Positions 35,257 to 49,435 are shown, counted from the whole stretch's first letter. The stretch: 63,620 bases of DNA, filler included, from Choristocarpus tenellus KU-1152 (GCA_964200185.2; 16 parts of 16 records of this genome joined end to end with filler, not necessarily neighbours in it); one strand, 5' to 3'. The notes: generated by a model not told the origin, from the sequence alone. A program made the numbers and translations.

Positions 35257-38200
35257 ATGTGGCAAGAAAAGGCATCAGAGATGGAGGTAGATGCTGATGG
35301 AGCAGACCTCGACGTCTACGATGAAGGGAATGAGCTGCGAGCGAAACTTGATGCTGTCTCTGAGGATCTAGTAGAGAACGGGGACAATGCAGTAGCTATC
35401 AAAGGATTCCGTGCAGTGCTAGACTATGAATGCACGGCTCCTGGAGGAGCTTCTGATGGGGTGAACAAGGTCAAAGAGGAGGCTATCTATGGTCTTGCCA
35501 AAGCTTACGGGGAATCTCGCAGGTGAATCTTGTTTTAAAAAACCTTGCATTATACTTGTCTCTACTGTATCCCCACCACGTTATGTCGAAAGTCGCGGAC
35601 TGACTTAAAAAAACGTGGCAAGTGACCAAAAGGTAGGGAGTTGGGCATTCAGGTGTGCATGGAGGTGATGGTGTTCAATTCCCTTCATTCTATGATATTG
35701 AAACGTGCTAACAAGTAGCATGTGACACATTTTGATTGACCATTTAATTGATTGAGCAGGTTCTCTGATGTAATCGACCTCCTCAAAACGGCATCACCCT
35801 TTTTTGGGACGATACCCAAGGCCAGGACAGCTAAAATAGTTCGCACGATTATTGATATTGTGTCCAAGGTACCGGATACGCTTGAGCTACAAGATTCCTT
35901 GTGCAGGGAAACCATTGCATGGTGCAAAGCCGAGAAGCGGAACTTTCTGCGGCAGCGGATACAGAGTCGACTGGCGGGACTGGTAGGATCTCGTTGTCCA
36001 GATCTAGTGTTTAGGTGGGAAAGGGTGGCTTGACTGAAATGCATTGGTGGGCATCTATTTGGGAAGATGCGAGTGACTATACCCTTCGAGTTCCATTTAA
36101 AATAAATACAGGAACGTACTGCTGCTCTCTTATGGGCTGTTACACGTCAAGTTTTGCACAGCGTTTTGGAGGCAACATATTTCTTGTCAGGAGATACGAT
36201 GCTCAAAGCTCCAATTTGAATGGTACTTCAAAGTGCTAGTTTTGACAAGTCAGATGACGTTATGGTGTGATCTAACCCCGTTTAACACCAATATGTGTGC
36301 ATCCATCTCGTCATTCCCACATCCACATCCCCAAAACTGTACTCCAAAATGACACAACCTATACTCTTTACGACACCCTGGTCCTTGCCCCCACATGTGT
36401 GTCCGTGCTCTTACACACTCATTTTTTCCTAGCTATTTGAGGCAGGAAAGTACCAGGAGGCGGTGTCAATGCTGAAAAGGCTTCTGCGGGAATTGAAGAG
36501 AATGGATGACAAGCAACTCCTGGTGGAGACACACCTCATTGAGGCCCGTGTCCACAATGCCTTGCGCAACACCCCCAAGGCAAAGGCCGCCCTCACAGCA
36601 TCACGGACAGCTGGGAATGCCATTTACATAGCCCCAATGATGCAGGTCTGCCTGATAGTAGGTTTGGTTGAACCAATTTTCACATTGTGAACTCAGTTCA
36701 CCAAGAGGACTGGGGATGTATCACTGTTAGAATATGGGAAGGTGGCATATGGAGAGGGAGAAAGTCTTAAGAATGGAAATGCCATGTGCTTGTAGAGCTC
36801 TGTACTCCAAGAAGGCTGTTTGAAGAGACAGAATTTATTGGTGCGATCCCATGACTGATCTCCTGCTGAAGAACGTGAACATCAACAAAGTTGGTTCATT
36901 GATTTTTTCTCATTTTTATTTTATTATCTTTTTTTTGTAGCAAACCTCCACTACTCCTGCGTGTACTTCAGGCAGAGATGGATGAAATGTCAGGCACGCT
37001 GCACTGCGAGGAAGGAGACTACAAGACGTCCTTCTCTTACTTCCTAGAAGCGTATGAGGCCTACGATTCCCAGGGGGACGGGAGGGCCCTGCGTGCGCTC
37101 AAGGTTCTTACATATTATGGTTCTGTTGTGGGCCAGTTGAAGTTCTTTCACTTTAACTTTTAACCCTGATGTGTACACCCTCGCACAGCGTGAGATTTCC
37201 ACCTTCGGAGTTCGTTTTGGTGTGACCCTGTCATTGCCGGTGTGCCTTGTTTAAAGTATGTAGGTGCATTTTTATTTGGTTCTCTTACAGTGCTTCTACA
37301 GGAGGCCCCGATATATTACCTCACTTGGATATCGTGACTACACCTTCTAACTTGAACGTGTTCTTGCCGCTTGGTCTTGAATGACATTTTCATCGCCGTA
37401 TGTAATATCTGCCTTGTGGAGGTGCACCCGATGATACTACTCCCACTTTCTCTAGTCAGACTGCCTTCATTGGGAGGGAGCTTCCTTTCTCTGTGTTCAC
37501 AGGATCTGGTTGGGTGCCGCCTTTTGAAATAAATGCCCTGGATTGCGATGAGTGACAACCCTTGAGCTACCGCTTTTATCCCATTCCAAATATTTCCCCT
37601 CGTGGAGAAAACCTTTTGTGTGTCCATGATTATTCCTGTGATGATGAAATCAGTTTATGCCATCGCCTTTTTGTGATGAAACCCTCACTGTAGATGCATC
37701 CCACTGCCTGGGTCTATTGTTGGGTTGCAGTACATGCTCCTTTGCAAGGTATTGCAAGGCTCTGCGAGTGAGGTTGGTGCTATACTGTCGGGAAAGTGGG
37801 GAGTGAAGCATTCTGGGGATGACTTGGATGCCATGGCAGATGTTGCCAAGGCTGGCAAGAACAGGTGACTACAATAGTAATTGCAAGGTAACATGAACTT
37901 CTGGGGCATGGGGGGAGGCGGGGGGAGCAAACGGTAGGGACTCTGGATTGTAAAAGAGATGGCAATGTTATTTGGGGGGGTAGGCGCTATAGTTGTACAT
38001 ACAGTGTTGTCATTTATTTTAACACTAGTAAGGTGGGGGGTATTGTTAAAGCCTACACTTGACATGCTCAAGTTCGTCCTCAGGAGGTCAACCATAACTC
38101 TTGAGAAAGGCATAAGATCCTACTGCTTGCACCCTGAGTCACTCCTTGTATGCTTTCAGTAGATCATGTGGGGGGTTCCTTTTGCCCTCTCCCGGCCATT

Positions 38201-38489
38201 CCCCCCCATTGTTGTTTTCCTTTTTTTAGGTCTTCAAGTGGAGACATTGCATGACAAAAATATATATTTTTTATTTTCATGAGCGTTCTCACGAGTGCGT
38301 CAATGATGAATAGTTGTCTTCAATGTAAGGAACTGAGAAAAGCTGTGTTTTTTGTGCAGGTCTCTTGAAGAATTTGATGCAGCAGTGTCCAAGCACGGGC
38401 ATACTTTAGAAAAGGATTTGCTGATCAAGCATCATTTGGATATCCTCTACAACCAGTTGCTGGAATCTAACCTGCTCAAGATCATACAG
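35257..38489 (+). CDS. RPN6: 26S proteasome lid subunit RPN6/PSMD11; exons 35257-35522, 35760-35982, 36433-36645, 36972-37103, 37731-37864, 38360-38489 (3' end cut)
   Basis: Motifs [96 protein letters not shown]|YMLLCK and [18 protein letters not shown]. Five GT-AG introns with matching phases. Confidence 0.97.
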
Positions 38490-38607
38490 GTGATCGGGGG
38501 GGGGGGGNNNNNNNNNNNNNNNNNNNNNNNNNNNNNNNNNNNNNNNNNNNNTTAATTAATTAANNNNNNNNNNNNNNNNNNNNNNNNNNNNNNNNNNNNN
38601 NNNNNNN

Positions 38608-38651
38608 GTGAAAAACGGACGCCGACACCCGCCCCCCAGATACTTTGACCC
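38608..38651. mobile_element. MITE family C end at contig start
   Basis: AAAAACGGACGCCGACAC, C-run, AGATACTTTGACCC. Confidence 0.8.
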
Positions 38652-39154
38652 ACTCGTATTGTCGGAGGTAGGGGGACGGCTGGTTTCAGTAGCAAGGGAC
38701 CTACATGATCATGCTTAGAGACTTATCGTATCGGTCATTTCTACTCAATTAGCAATCTCAAGAAGAGTTTTACATTTAAAATTAGACACATTCCAGATTG
38801 ATGGACTAGGAGAGGCTTATTGAATTCTTGTGACCCTTCCCTCAATTCTCCGTCAGGTTCATTGAGTCAGTATAGGGCTTGCTTTTCGTTCTTTTTTCTA
38901 TTGTTTTACATCTCATTAGTTAGTGTATTTGACATAGTAGTCCTTTATGTTGCGTTGTATTCTTCACATGGTACTTCATATTCTCCATTCTATATTGTGA
39001 TGATTGTGCTGACATATTTTGTCTTCTTTTTATTATTTCCTGTTTCTCCTACATCACACCATCCTTGGAAAATGTCAGCGGCATAATAATACATAATACA
39101 ATTAATATAGGGATGAAGATGTATATTTCAGAGTGTGATTATTATTGCTGACAT

Positions 39155-39423
39155 AGTGTCAACGTGTCGTAGGAAGTTGTTTCTTCTATCAGACTGTATC
39201 AACTATATATTATAGGGTGTTTGTGCAAAATGAAATTTACTAGCGAAAAAGTCTTATGTATCACCCTAACATATAGTATTAGAACTACCGTATTGACATA
39301 TAATGATATGTAAGACTTTTTGGTGCATTTCATTTTGCGCAATGGAAGGCTTCTCCTTTTTTTGACCTAGACAGACTATTATTATAGTTAGTTTTCCTCG
39401 ACAGAATCACTGACATCTTGACA
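39155..39423. repeat. Long imperfect inverted repeat (hairpin, old MITE-like)
   Basis: TTGTGCAAAATGAAAT (39221) pairs with ATTTCATTTTGCGCAA (39327) at 15/16. AAAAGTCTTA pairs with TAAGACTTTT. Outer arms TGTCGTAGGAA and TTCCTCGACA. Confidence 0.7.
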
Positions 39424-41628
39424 TATCCAACACAACCTTCTCCCCCCCCCCCAATCTGATTAGTCCTGTTGGAGGATATCATTTTAGCGAGTGTACAGAT
39501 CATCACTATTGTTCTGAATTATGTCAAGTTCAAGTGATGATGCACCTGAGGTCCTGTCAAATAGCAACTAACAGTATTTTTTTGCGAATACTCCAACCGT
39601 TCTGAATCCCTCGACTGATCTCACCAGTGAGTGGCAATGATTTCGTCACCGATGCCCCCCCCCAATGTAAAAAATCTTGTCAGTCGGATTGGCGGTGTGG
39701 CCATGTGGTTACATCTGCATGGTATGTGCATAGCCTTTTCAGGTATGCGAAGATGCGCATACTATACATGACATCTTCTCTTGTCTTTTTTAGCGCTGGC
39801 ACTACTACTGCTGTCAGATTGAATGACTTGGCTACCTTCACAATCAATCACCATCGATGATCATCATCCTTGTCAAACCTCCTTGGGTCTTGGAGACAAT
39901 GTATGCATCACCACCATAGAGCGTACGCTGGAAGTGGTCCTCAAGTTATCCTACAACTATGAATTGTCCTCTTAACTGGTTTTCATATCTCATTTGATTC
40001 ACATGTGGAGGGTAAAATAAAGTTGTACCTTTTTTCGACTATCTTGTAGGATTTCTTCTCTGTATCTGTATAACTGAGAACATATTGATTCTGTCAAGAG
40101 CAAACGAGCAAAATTCCTTTAGGAAGGAAGTATTTTTTCTAAAGAGGGAATCAGAATTAATCCTGATTTTACCTCTGTAACAACAGTAGAAAGTATAGGT
40201 TCGATTTCCTCTTTTATTACACAATGGTACACACTCGCTCCAAACGGATATTATTATTTTTATATATTTCTGACATTTTCAAGGCACTTTTTATTTATTA
40301 GTACAAAGTGTACAAAATTGTATTAAATGGGGAATGTAACGAACCGATTTCGTACGACTTCCAGTCACTTCAATGTCATGTGATGGGAGTTGAGGTACTG
40401 GATGGTGGTGGAGGTTGTTGTCCATCATTTCTTGCGATCCCAACTCGGTAGGTACATTGCCAGTGTTTTCCCAACAATCTGAGAAGGGGTGAGATACCAT
40501 TGATTATCTGTTCCAGGATATTTGGAAGTCATGCACTGATAACGTCTGGAAGGGTGTTCCACTGAAGATGGGATTTGAATATGATCAAGGTTCGAACCCG
40601 AACTCCAACTGAGATTTGGTGGGTGGTGTAAGTTCCATCCTGCCCATGGGAAATGCCAGGGATATATGGAGTATTTTTTCCATGGGCGCAGTGCTAAGGT
40701 CTCCCGGGACTACGCAGATACGGACTGTCCCCACGAGGAGGAAAACGGTGAGAGGTTGGACAAATCTTTCCTTTGAGATCATTCTTACCAACTCAAGGTG
40801 CCCGGTGGGGAAGGAAGGGGAACACTCGTCTTCACCGATGCTGATCGCTGTCGTGTTGGAATGAAAGTGGTTCATGGCGGTCTTATCCATGGCGAAGAAG
40901 GTGAGATGTTATCATTCGAGGGACGATACAGTAGTTGATTTGGTCATGAGAATGATACTTAGAAGGAGGTTTCCAAAATTAGACTGGATTAGTGAGTGAT
41001 GGTTTGGGCAATGGTTTGTGTTGACTTCAACCTTAGATCAAAGATTTCTGCCGGAAGGATCAGTCGCTGTCGGATGCCAGTAAGGTACACAACGCCCTGT
41101 CATACCACATGACTACTGCCCTGAAAGTGAGGTTTCTCCCATGTCAGGGAGCGCACATCCTTATAGCTGAGTGAGAGATAGGGAGGGGGAGAAGGAGAGA
41201 GGTATGGGCGTATGAAGGAAAGTAGAGGAAAGTAATGCGCGGAAACGGGAAGAAATTGCGCAAGTAGGATATTGAGGCCAAATGCCGAAGAAAGGTGAAG
41301 AGGAGGATGAATAGTGACAAATCTGATGTGGTTCAGGTTACGGAGTCCGAATACGACAACGTGGTGATGCTACTGGAGTCAGAGTTTCCAGCAGTAGTGG
41401 AGATGCACAACAGTCTAGTTGCCTAGACGCGGATGAAGGTAATGATGGTACTCTTGTCCCTCTATGGCCTTCCTCACTACAACGACTTCTCTGCTAGGTG
41501 GAAAAAAGGTTGCCATGCGAAAATGCTTAGTGTGTAGGAGAAGGGTGGGTTTTTATTGTGCAACTTGCTGTTTTGGAGATGAACTTCCGTAATATGCGGA
41601 TCAAGCACTGGAAGGCAATGCATCGTCA

Positions 41629-41803
41629 GGGTCAAAGTATCTGCGGGGGGGGCGGGTGGTTTGTGAGGGGGCGTCCGTTTCGGTCAAACAACTCTTTTTT
41701 TGCTGACATTGCAAATCCGACACGTGCGACCAAATCATACCAAAAAAGTGAAAATCGAAAAATGGGTGAAAAACGGACGCCGACACCGCCCAACCCCAGA
41801 AAC
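41629..41803. mobile_element. MITE family C, nearly complete (~180 bp)
   Basis: GGGTCAAAGTATCT, G-run, GCGTCCGTTTCGG ... AAAAACGGACGCCGACAC..CCCCAGAAAC, then the contig ends. Confidence 0.85.
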
Positions 41804-42079
41804 NNNNNNNNNNNNNNNNNNNNNNNNNNNNNNNNNNNNNNNNNNNNTTAATTAATTAANNNNNNNNNNNNNNNNNNNNNNNNNNNNNNNNNNNNNNNNN
41901 NNNGAGAGGATATATAAAACAATATGCTAAATTGCTCTATCTAGCAAAGAAAAAAAAATAAGGGGGGGGTGGGGGGAAGGTATGGAAAAGCGGATTAGTG
42001 GTGGTGGTAGGGCCAATTAATAGGTTGAGTAAAAAGGTGATAATCGACTAGGGAGATTTGGAATGTGTAGCTTGAGCCC

Positions 42080-42698
42080 TGACAGTGCCACCAGTCCATA
42101 CTGACCGTTGATTAGGCTTTATACTGGTCGGTACTTGCACTGGTACGCCTAGATCATCATCACAACATCAGCACTTATCTCTTCAGAACACCGCAATACA
42201 TACGAAGCACGAGAACATTCGCTATACATCAGACAGACAGGCATCATATGTGTCGCTTGAGTTACGCCAGACATTGATTCAAGTTTGTTGTGTTGTTTCT
42301 TTGTTTTTGTTTTTCCCTTCCTTCTTCTTCTTAACAGGAGAAGACTCCAGCTGTATGTCAAAATTTGATCATTATTTTCCTTGATTGCCATTGCCCAAGC
42401 TCACTTCGCGTTAAGTGTACCTGATGCACACCTGGATGCCATATATTCGGAGTTAAACATCCACAGAAACCCTTGTCCGCCAAGGTTTCGAGTCTCTTCT
42501 TAGAGCATGCACTTCTTCTTTTTGAGTGTACCAAGGAAGATCATCGAATACACGTCATCCATCTTCTGACTGATCAAGCCATAACTTCAGTTTCAACAGA
42601 ACAAATCCACCAATACTTTGCGGCACTGTGATATCTCTTCGCATCACAAGCTATCCATTACACACTAAAGCACGCGTCATTTGATTTATATTTTAACA
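42080..42698 (+). mobile_element. LTR family A (5' end eroded, ends TTTTAACA)
   Basis: Colinear with the reverse complement of 22800-23472 (ATTGATTCAAGTTTGTT, TTCTTCTTCTTAACAG.AGAAGA, GAAACCCTTG..GCCAAGGT). Confidence 0.75.
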
Positions 42699-42889
42699 CA
42701 TACTACCTCTGTGCCATGAGTTTGTGCCGTGGAGTCCATACGAGCTATCATAGATCAGTTCCTGTGGTGGATCTGTCTATAATTCAATTGAATTCTCAAA
42801 ACCCGACCATAGGATCGAGCGCGGCACTAGTATTGGTTGGGGAAGGCCAACACGAGATCGCAGGAGCTTGCTGGAGCTTGGAGTGCACA

Positions 42890-44298
42890 TGTTACAGGCA
42901 AATAGCATGAGTATTTCTTCCCATGTTCTAACAAGCGCGAGCAGTACACACGTGTAGGGAACCTCATAAAGAGGAACTCTGATTTACTAAATGTTGCTGA
43001 GTAAGATCTGTAACTTGGGAATGTATTCAACGGTCTTCAGATGTATTCCAACCTCTGTTAACCGAAACTAAAATAAAACACAGATGACGGATAAAAGAAA
43101 ATAAAGAGCGCTGCTTAATAAAAGCCCTTCCAAAGACACTTTTCTTTGACCCCATGCTATATACATTGATGTGATTGAAAAGTACCCCTTGTTCTGCTGA
43201 CCTACCGGTCATTGTCCTGTGGATTGGACCACCTTGACTGTCAGAGTATCCTGGAAGCCTTGTATGAGCATCAGTGTCATCTATAGGCCTGTGGATTGGA
43301 CCTATACATCCTGTGGAGGAAGGCTTCTGGAGCGTGCGGTAGCACACACAACCGGGCAGAAACCAGCATAGTTACTTGACTTATGGGGTCCAATATGTCG
43401 AGGAATGACGGAGATGGACCTGGTGCAGCCTGGGGAGGCTTGCGTGAGGCCGATTGGTCTAAGCTGCAGATTGCGCAGCATATTCAACCTCCACGGGTTG
43501 AGAGACTTGCTGAGAAGGAGGTAAGGGAGTGTCTGACAGCTCAACGCAAATACGAGATGAGCGTTAGGGTGCAACACTCAAAAGAGGTGTACAAATTGCT
43601 TTTTTGACGCTGTCCGAATCCTTAACCGTTGCTCAGAGACGAGCAGTGGTGAGGGGCGAAAGTAGTTTAAGAGCAGCATTTTGTAGACAACACCAGAGTA
43701 TACTGTCACTTAGAGGAGATAAAGGCTTCCGACCATCCCCACAGACACCATGGGTACCTTTTTGTCAGAGTTCAAACGCCCAGATCCTGCAGTTGCAGTG
43801 TACCCTTGTCAGCCTGTAGCGAATACCGTTGTAGTACAAAGGAAAGTCCTAAAATGGATAGTTGTTAGACTGGATAGCAAAATACAGAAGCAATGAACAG
43901 CTTTCCTTCACTACAGTTGGATGTTTATCATGCCTTCTGGAACCTTTACAATCCTAGCTCAAGAGACCAAGTCCAACTAATGTTCCCGTCCAAGAAAGAC
44001 TCTTGCCCTGAAAGGAGGATGTGTTACAGCTCTTCCCTATAGGTACCAGTGTCAAAAAGTCGTGGGAGGATGAAATCAACAACTGGAGCTGTACACCACC
44101 TGTCTCTTCCTCGTTCAAGTCACCCTACTGGAGAGTATGGTTTAACGATGGAGATTGGGAGAAACTCAACAGGAGAGAGAGAGAAATGGGTCGCTTTTCC
44201 TGAAGACCTCCCAGCAGGTAACAACTGTATACCCGAAAGACAAGGTTAGGATTAGCTGGTGCATGCCAGAACAATAGAATAAGGCATCGATAGTCATA
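42890..44298 (+). mobile_element. Internally deleted Ty3/gypsy derivative, copy 2: LTR-B (42890-43344), gag-like stub, PR end joined to chromo/Tudor-like tail, 3' UTR
   Basis: LRAAFCRQHQSILSLRGDKGFRPSPQTPWVPF, then EAMNSFPSLQLDVYHAFWNLYNP ... LQLFPIGTSVKK...FKSPYWRVWFNDGDWEKL. The 3' UTR CAGGTAACAACTGTAT.CCCGAAAGACAA is shared with 5960-6060 on the minus strand. Confidence 0.8.
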
Positions 44299-44540
44299 GA
44301 GTGAAAATTACTTGGAGGGTACGAGTTTTGTCCTGTTTGTCCGTTTGGGGCTTGGCTTCCTACGTTTTTTTTATGAAATTCTAGTTTCGGAGTAGGTAAA
44401 GTGTATACATTATGAAAAGGTGTGTGGAACAAGGATATTGACTCTTCCTAAAAGACACGATAGCCAAAATTACATCAAAATCGCAACATTGATTTGGATC
44501 CCGAATGTACGTGGCTCTACGCTTCAAGATACTTTGCCTC
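44299..44540. mobile_element. MITE family B, complete (242 bp), TSD ATA
   Basis: ata|GAGTGAAAATTACT ... AGATACTTTGCCTC|ata. Confidence 0.88.
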
Positions 44541-45626
44541 ATATAGTGGTACCAGCAGCTTCGCCCTCTGGGGTTGTCCCGTCCTAACGTTTGATGCAGA
44601 TATCGGAAACAAATTAAAGCATATTCGTGATGCCCGTCACAATGCCCTCCAGTACGGGCTTCGTTTTTTTTTCTCGCCATTTTTTCTTTTTTTGAAGAAA
44701 AAAAGTGCTCATATTGGGGTTCGTACCCTAGATTGTAGGTCACCAAGAGTGGCAATACATGGACTAATACTTGATTAAAGTATAGGGTTTAGCTGGGAAA
44801 ATAGCCTCCCCACCCTTTTTTCCTGTGTGTTCACGCACCCACTCTGTGACCTCGACAAGGATGTCCTCGTCGAGGCCCAGAATGAACGCCTCTCGTAGCA
44901 CCCTCGCTCTGACACCTTGATGTGGCCCTTAGTTAGGGAAGTCTCTCCCATTTACTCATAGTTTCTGACTGGACCATCGCATATCCTCCTGCGGGGGCCG
45001 TTTTATCTTCTTTCCTGTCGTTCATACACAGGTACAGAATTCGCAGTGTTAGAGCCTTTACTATCACATTTCCCTGTTGAGCGCCGGAAATGGGCGTTGT
45101 CCATGTTTCCTAGGTGGGTAATATTTTATCATCAAGGTGCAAGGGCGAGGGAAGACAGACTTGAGGTGATCGAAAATTGTGTTGATTTCTCAAATGAATG
45201 CCGGCTGGGAGAAAGCCCTAATCAACTTTATATGTCCAACCCTGGTTCCAGGAACAAAAGTGAATGTACGGCATCTTACAAGAAGTGGGAGACATCAAAC
45301 CATCGGTGTGCAAATTGTCTCAATCTCACCTCCTCTTCTTCCCTGGTGTTCTGGTCGATGGCTACCTCCACCTGCTTCGCGACCTCTTCTAAGTAAGGGA
45401 TTTCGTGGCATCGAAAAGTCTTCACAGCTGCCTTTGTTACGATCACTTTCTCCTCCACCTTGCAAGCACTTTCGACCTTCTTTCAGGCTTCAGAGCCCTT
45501 GTAGCCCAACCCTAATACCTTCTTCCCCGTTTCCTTAAGCCACTCCGACTCGCATAGCTTCCAAACAATCAGGGCCTGCTGGAACAGTCGACTACTAAGA
45601 TATTCTACGCCCGGGTTTTTGCTTAG

Positions 45627-45870
45627 GAGTGAAAGTATCTTAGAGGTAAGGGTTTTGCCCTGTTTGTCCATTTGGAGCTTGGCTTCCCATGGGTTCTTTC
45701 AAGACATTTTCCTACTTCTAAATGTTTAGGAGTAGGTAAAGCATATATGTATTAAAAGGTGTATCCAGAACTTGGATATTGACACTTCCTAACAAACACA
45801 ATAGCCAAAATTACATCAAAATAAATAAAAGTATCAGAGAGTGTACACGATTTGCCCTGTTTGTTCATTT
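45627..45870. mobile_element. MITE family B, truncated, followed by a second B-like left end
   Basis: GAGTGAAAGTATCTTAGAGG...GCCAAAATTACATCAAAAT, then AAAGTATCAGAGAG..GATTTGCCCTGTTTGTTCATTT. Confidence 0.75.
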
Positions 45871-46500
45871 TCAAAGGTTTTGGAGCACCCTCTTTGTATT
45901 CTGCAACAGTTCAGCCTCTCATCATCACGACAAGCGCTTCCTCACATGTCCAAGGCCTCACGAGTTGCTCTCGCCTATGTACTTTAGAGTTGGACAGTTT
46001 CTAACGAAATCCTTCAGTGTGTATCGAGTCTATGAAATGGAAAATGTTTTCAGGTGTCACCTACACGTGCAGATCTCCATGTAAGTGGTGTCCACTAAGG
46101 TCATATTTTCACCATCCTGGACAAAGTCGTGCTTAAAAGTGGTTTTTGAGAAATGTTTCAAAGGTAAACTTAGGTACACCTCGAATTTCCAAAAGCTAAT
46201 TGTTTTATGCTACATTATCTAATGTTACCCTTGTTAAGATATCCCACTCAGCATGTGCTATTTCAACGCACTTCGTTTAACAAGATCAGAGCACAGGAGT
46301 GCATCTCCCTCTCATTTCAATCTCCCACTTACGCGAACGTTTACCCTGCATTGAGTCTGTTACATATAGCAACATTTCGACACGTCCACGACATGTGCAA
46401 ATGGCCGTTTTTGTAGTGTCCACTATGGTGAAAAATTATCCTATCTCGTGTAAAACTATGTTCAAAAGTTATGCACTGTGACAAATGCTTCAAGGGTCAG

Positions 46501-46556
46501 GCTCAAAGTATCTGGGAGGGGGTGGCGGCCGTCCATTTGGGATCAATTTTTTCATG
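46501..46556. mobile_element. MITE family A end
   Basis: GGCTCAAAGTATCTGGGAGGGGTGGCGGCCGTCCATTTGG, then the contig ends. Confidence 0.85.
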
Positions 46557-48701
46557 NNNNNNNNNNNNNNNNNNNNNNNNNNNNNNNNNNNNNNNNNNNN
46601 TTAATTAATTAANNNNNNNNNNNNNNNNNNNNNNNNNNNNNNNNNNNNNNNNNNNNGCTTTGGTGTTGTAGGGGGGGGGAGGGGGAGAGGAGGGGCGCTG
46701 GCTACACGGAGGGTGGTGGAAGAAGTCAAGTGCATAGATGCTATGTACATAATACATGGAATAAATGGCACGTAATTCTTTTTGGGTAGAACATCAGCAA
46801 TGCCTACCCTAAGGTGTTGGAAACCCTTGTAATAAACATTTTTGACTTGTGCAAAAGTACCTTCCCCGTGGTGGTGAGAAACACTGAAAGTGCCACATAC
46901 AGTAGCATTAGTAGAAGTAGGTGCACCCATGCCTCTCAAAGAGGTTTTGTTCGTTTTATTTTTTACCTCATTATTTTGTTACATAAAATGATACTTTGAA
47001 GTAATACTACTATTAACTATTAAAAATGAAACATTGACTACCTTTTAAAGGTGGATACAATTCTACTTGGAAGCGACCCATCATATCAGGGCACGGGGTT
47101 AAGCAACGAATATCAACAAGCATTACATATTAGTGGGACAAAGGTTTCCCAAAAGGCAAGGAAGTCTCAGTCACATTTTCACCAAAACCTTGTCGGTTGA
47201 TAATTTCCAATCAATCAAGCCTTCAGCGATAAACCTGCAATCAAAATCCCCTCAATTCGAGTGAGAGGACCACATCCAACTTTATACAAACACACCTTAA
47301 CTCCTACACTAAAACCAAGTAGTCCAACAAGAACTCTGCGTACCACACGTGCGGCGTGAACGCACGAGTGAAATATCCTCATTACAGCTGTATTAGGGGC
47401 CAATATTGACCAGTTTTTCCCTGAGAACCATAGCTACAAACGAGGATAATATCGATTTGAACAAAATATGTGTGTGCAATAAGAACGTTTGTGAAAGAGC
47501 CCTGCCTCAACGCGCTACTGATGACCTTGCATGATACTCGCAGTACACCCTTAACATGCTAGATTTTTCATACCAAGAAGTGCCCCCCTACAAACCGTCA
47601 CACAGCAATAAACAAATAAAAAAATACTCCAAGACTACCGAATCTCAATTTCCGTACCATTTCTTTTTTGCTGTTGCAAGCACTGAAGATCATTTCATAC
47701 TCAAAAACTATCAATAATATTTAACAAAATCCGAGTTCAAAATTGAGGGATATCAACCCACAATGTACGCTAAAGTACAACATCAGTACAGATTTCTTTT
47801 TTTCAACATCAGATCTCAAGAAAAAAAATAAACTAAGGGGTAACTTGACACACATTGATCATTACACACACACACACACACATACAACAAACTCATTCCA
47901 CTTACATTAAAAATTATATATAATATATATCAACAAGACTTTCCGGCATGAGTTGATTGCAACAGGCATAGACAAGGCAAGGGGAGAGAGAGGGGGATCG
48001 ATTAGAGAGAGGCCTCAGTAAATCTCCACTCTTCACCACCATGTTGTGCCTTCAGCAGGGCTGCATGTAGTCAATGCGATGGTAATGACTTCAGAAAAAA
48101 AAGCTTGGCAGAATATATACCTGGAGCTCCTTTAACCTCTTTGTATCAAAAACACGTAATGCTTACTGCTCTCTGTCGATTGTCAATTTTCAATTCTGCA
48201 GAAAGCAGGAAATTTCTTGGAAATTCCATAAACCGTCTGCAGCCCGTCCAGAAAAAAAGTCAGAATTACAAAAAAAACGGTTTGATTAGTTCACCAAATT
48301 GGACCAAGGTAGTTCAAGCAATTGAAGAATTTGGTCCTTCAAATTTAAACAGCAAAATGAAGTACTCAAAAACAAAATGCAAATTTAAACCAGGTAAAAA
48401 TGGACTTTTGATGCCAATAACCAAGTGCTTTCATTGGGTAGAGGCCAAAGAGAGAGAGGAAGAGCAACAGTCTCAAAAGCCCAACCAAAAGAGCTCAATA
48501 CAAAACCATGGACCTCAATTAGAAACAGTGACTGCATATTTGCCTGACCTTCACTAGAAAAAAAAAGTACAATAGTAGTATAAATTCACAGTCAGATTTA
48601 TAGAATTACAGTACTAAAAAACTATAAAAGAAAATGTACACAAAGAATAAAAAATAACAACTCACAAAAAAAACACCAACGTATCGTAGCATCCGCCTCA
48701 C

Positions 48702-49435
48702 CTCAACCACCTTGACAATCGAACCCGTCTCCAGCATACCAATGTCCATGGAGCATGAGTCTGCCTCTTCCCGGATCTTCAAGGGCCTGCACTCCACATG
48801 CACATGCACAATGACATCCACAACCCACGCCCACATGCCAAAAAACCCGACAGGTTAAGGTGGATAAGCCCAACAATACCGTGAGGATCACAAATATTCA
48901 CAGCTAAATATAGCGGGGTCGTGGAGGCTCTGTTTCTTAATAAAATTAAAAACACAATAAAATAAAATATATATATGCAGCACTGAATGGTTCATTCATC
49001 CGACAATCAACAGAAAAATATGTATCTTTCTTGCTGTTCCACCAAGGAAAAAAATAAAATAAAAATCACTCCCCTCCCCCACACAAGGGACACAGGTTCA
49101 GAGAGTGCAAACAAAAACATTCCTCTGACGCCACTTACAATTTCTTCACCTGAACAAAAAAAGTGAACAGTAATCATCCAGTAAAAAAAAAAAACACATA
49201 CAAAGCAACACAAACAAAAAAAATGCAGCACAACAGATTTCATACAACCAAGTTGAACACAGAACCTACTGCTACCACTTTCTCACCCCATAGCACTCAT
49301 GAAGTCACCCACTTCCACTCCCACCGCTGCTCCACCCCCACCCCCTCCCCTGATTGGTCGGTCTCCAGCCTCGCCCTCAGCAAGTACGCCCTCCCCATCC
49401 CCAGATACACCATTGCTCTTGATTGGTCTATCCCC
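48702..49435 (-). CDS. Two internal exons (49435-49287, 48786-48702) of a protein with an SH3b-like module
   Basis: Gly-rich linker, then VEVGDFMSAMG|PLKIREEADSCSMDIGMLETGSIVKVVE, fitting the pattern L.IR....S..IG.L..G..V.V.E. The phase-2 GT-AG intron is consistent. Confidence 0.55.
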
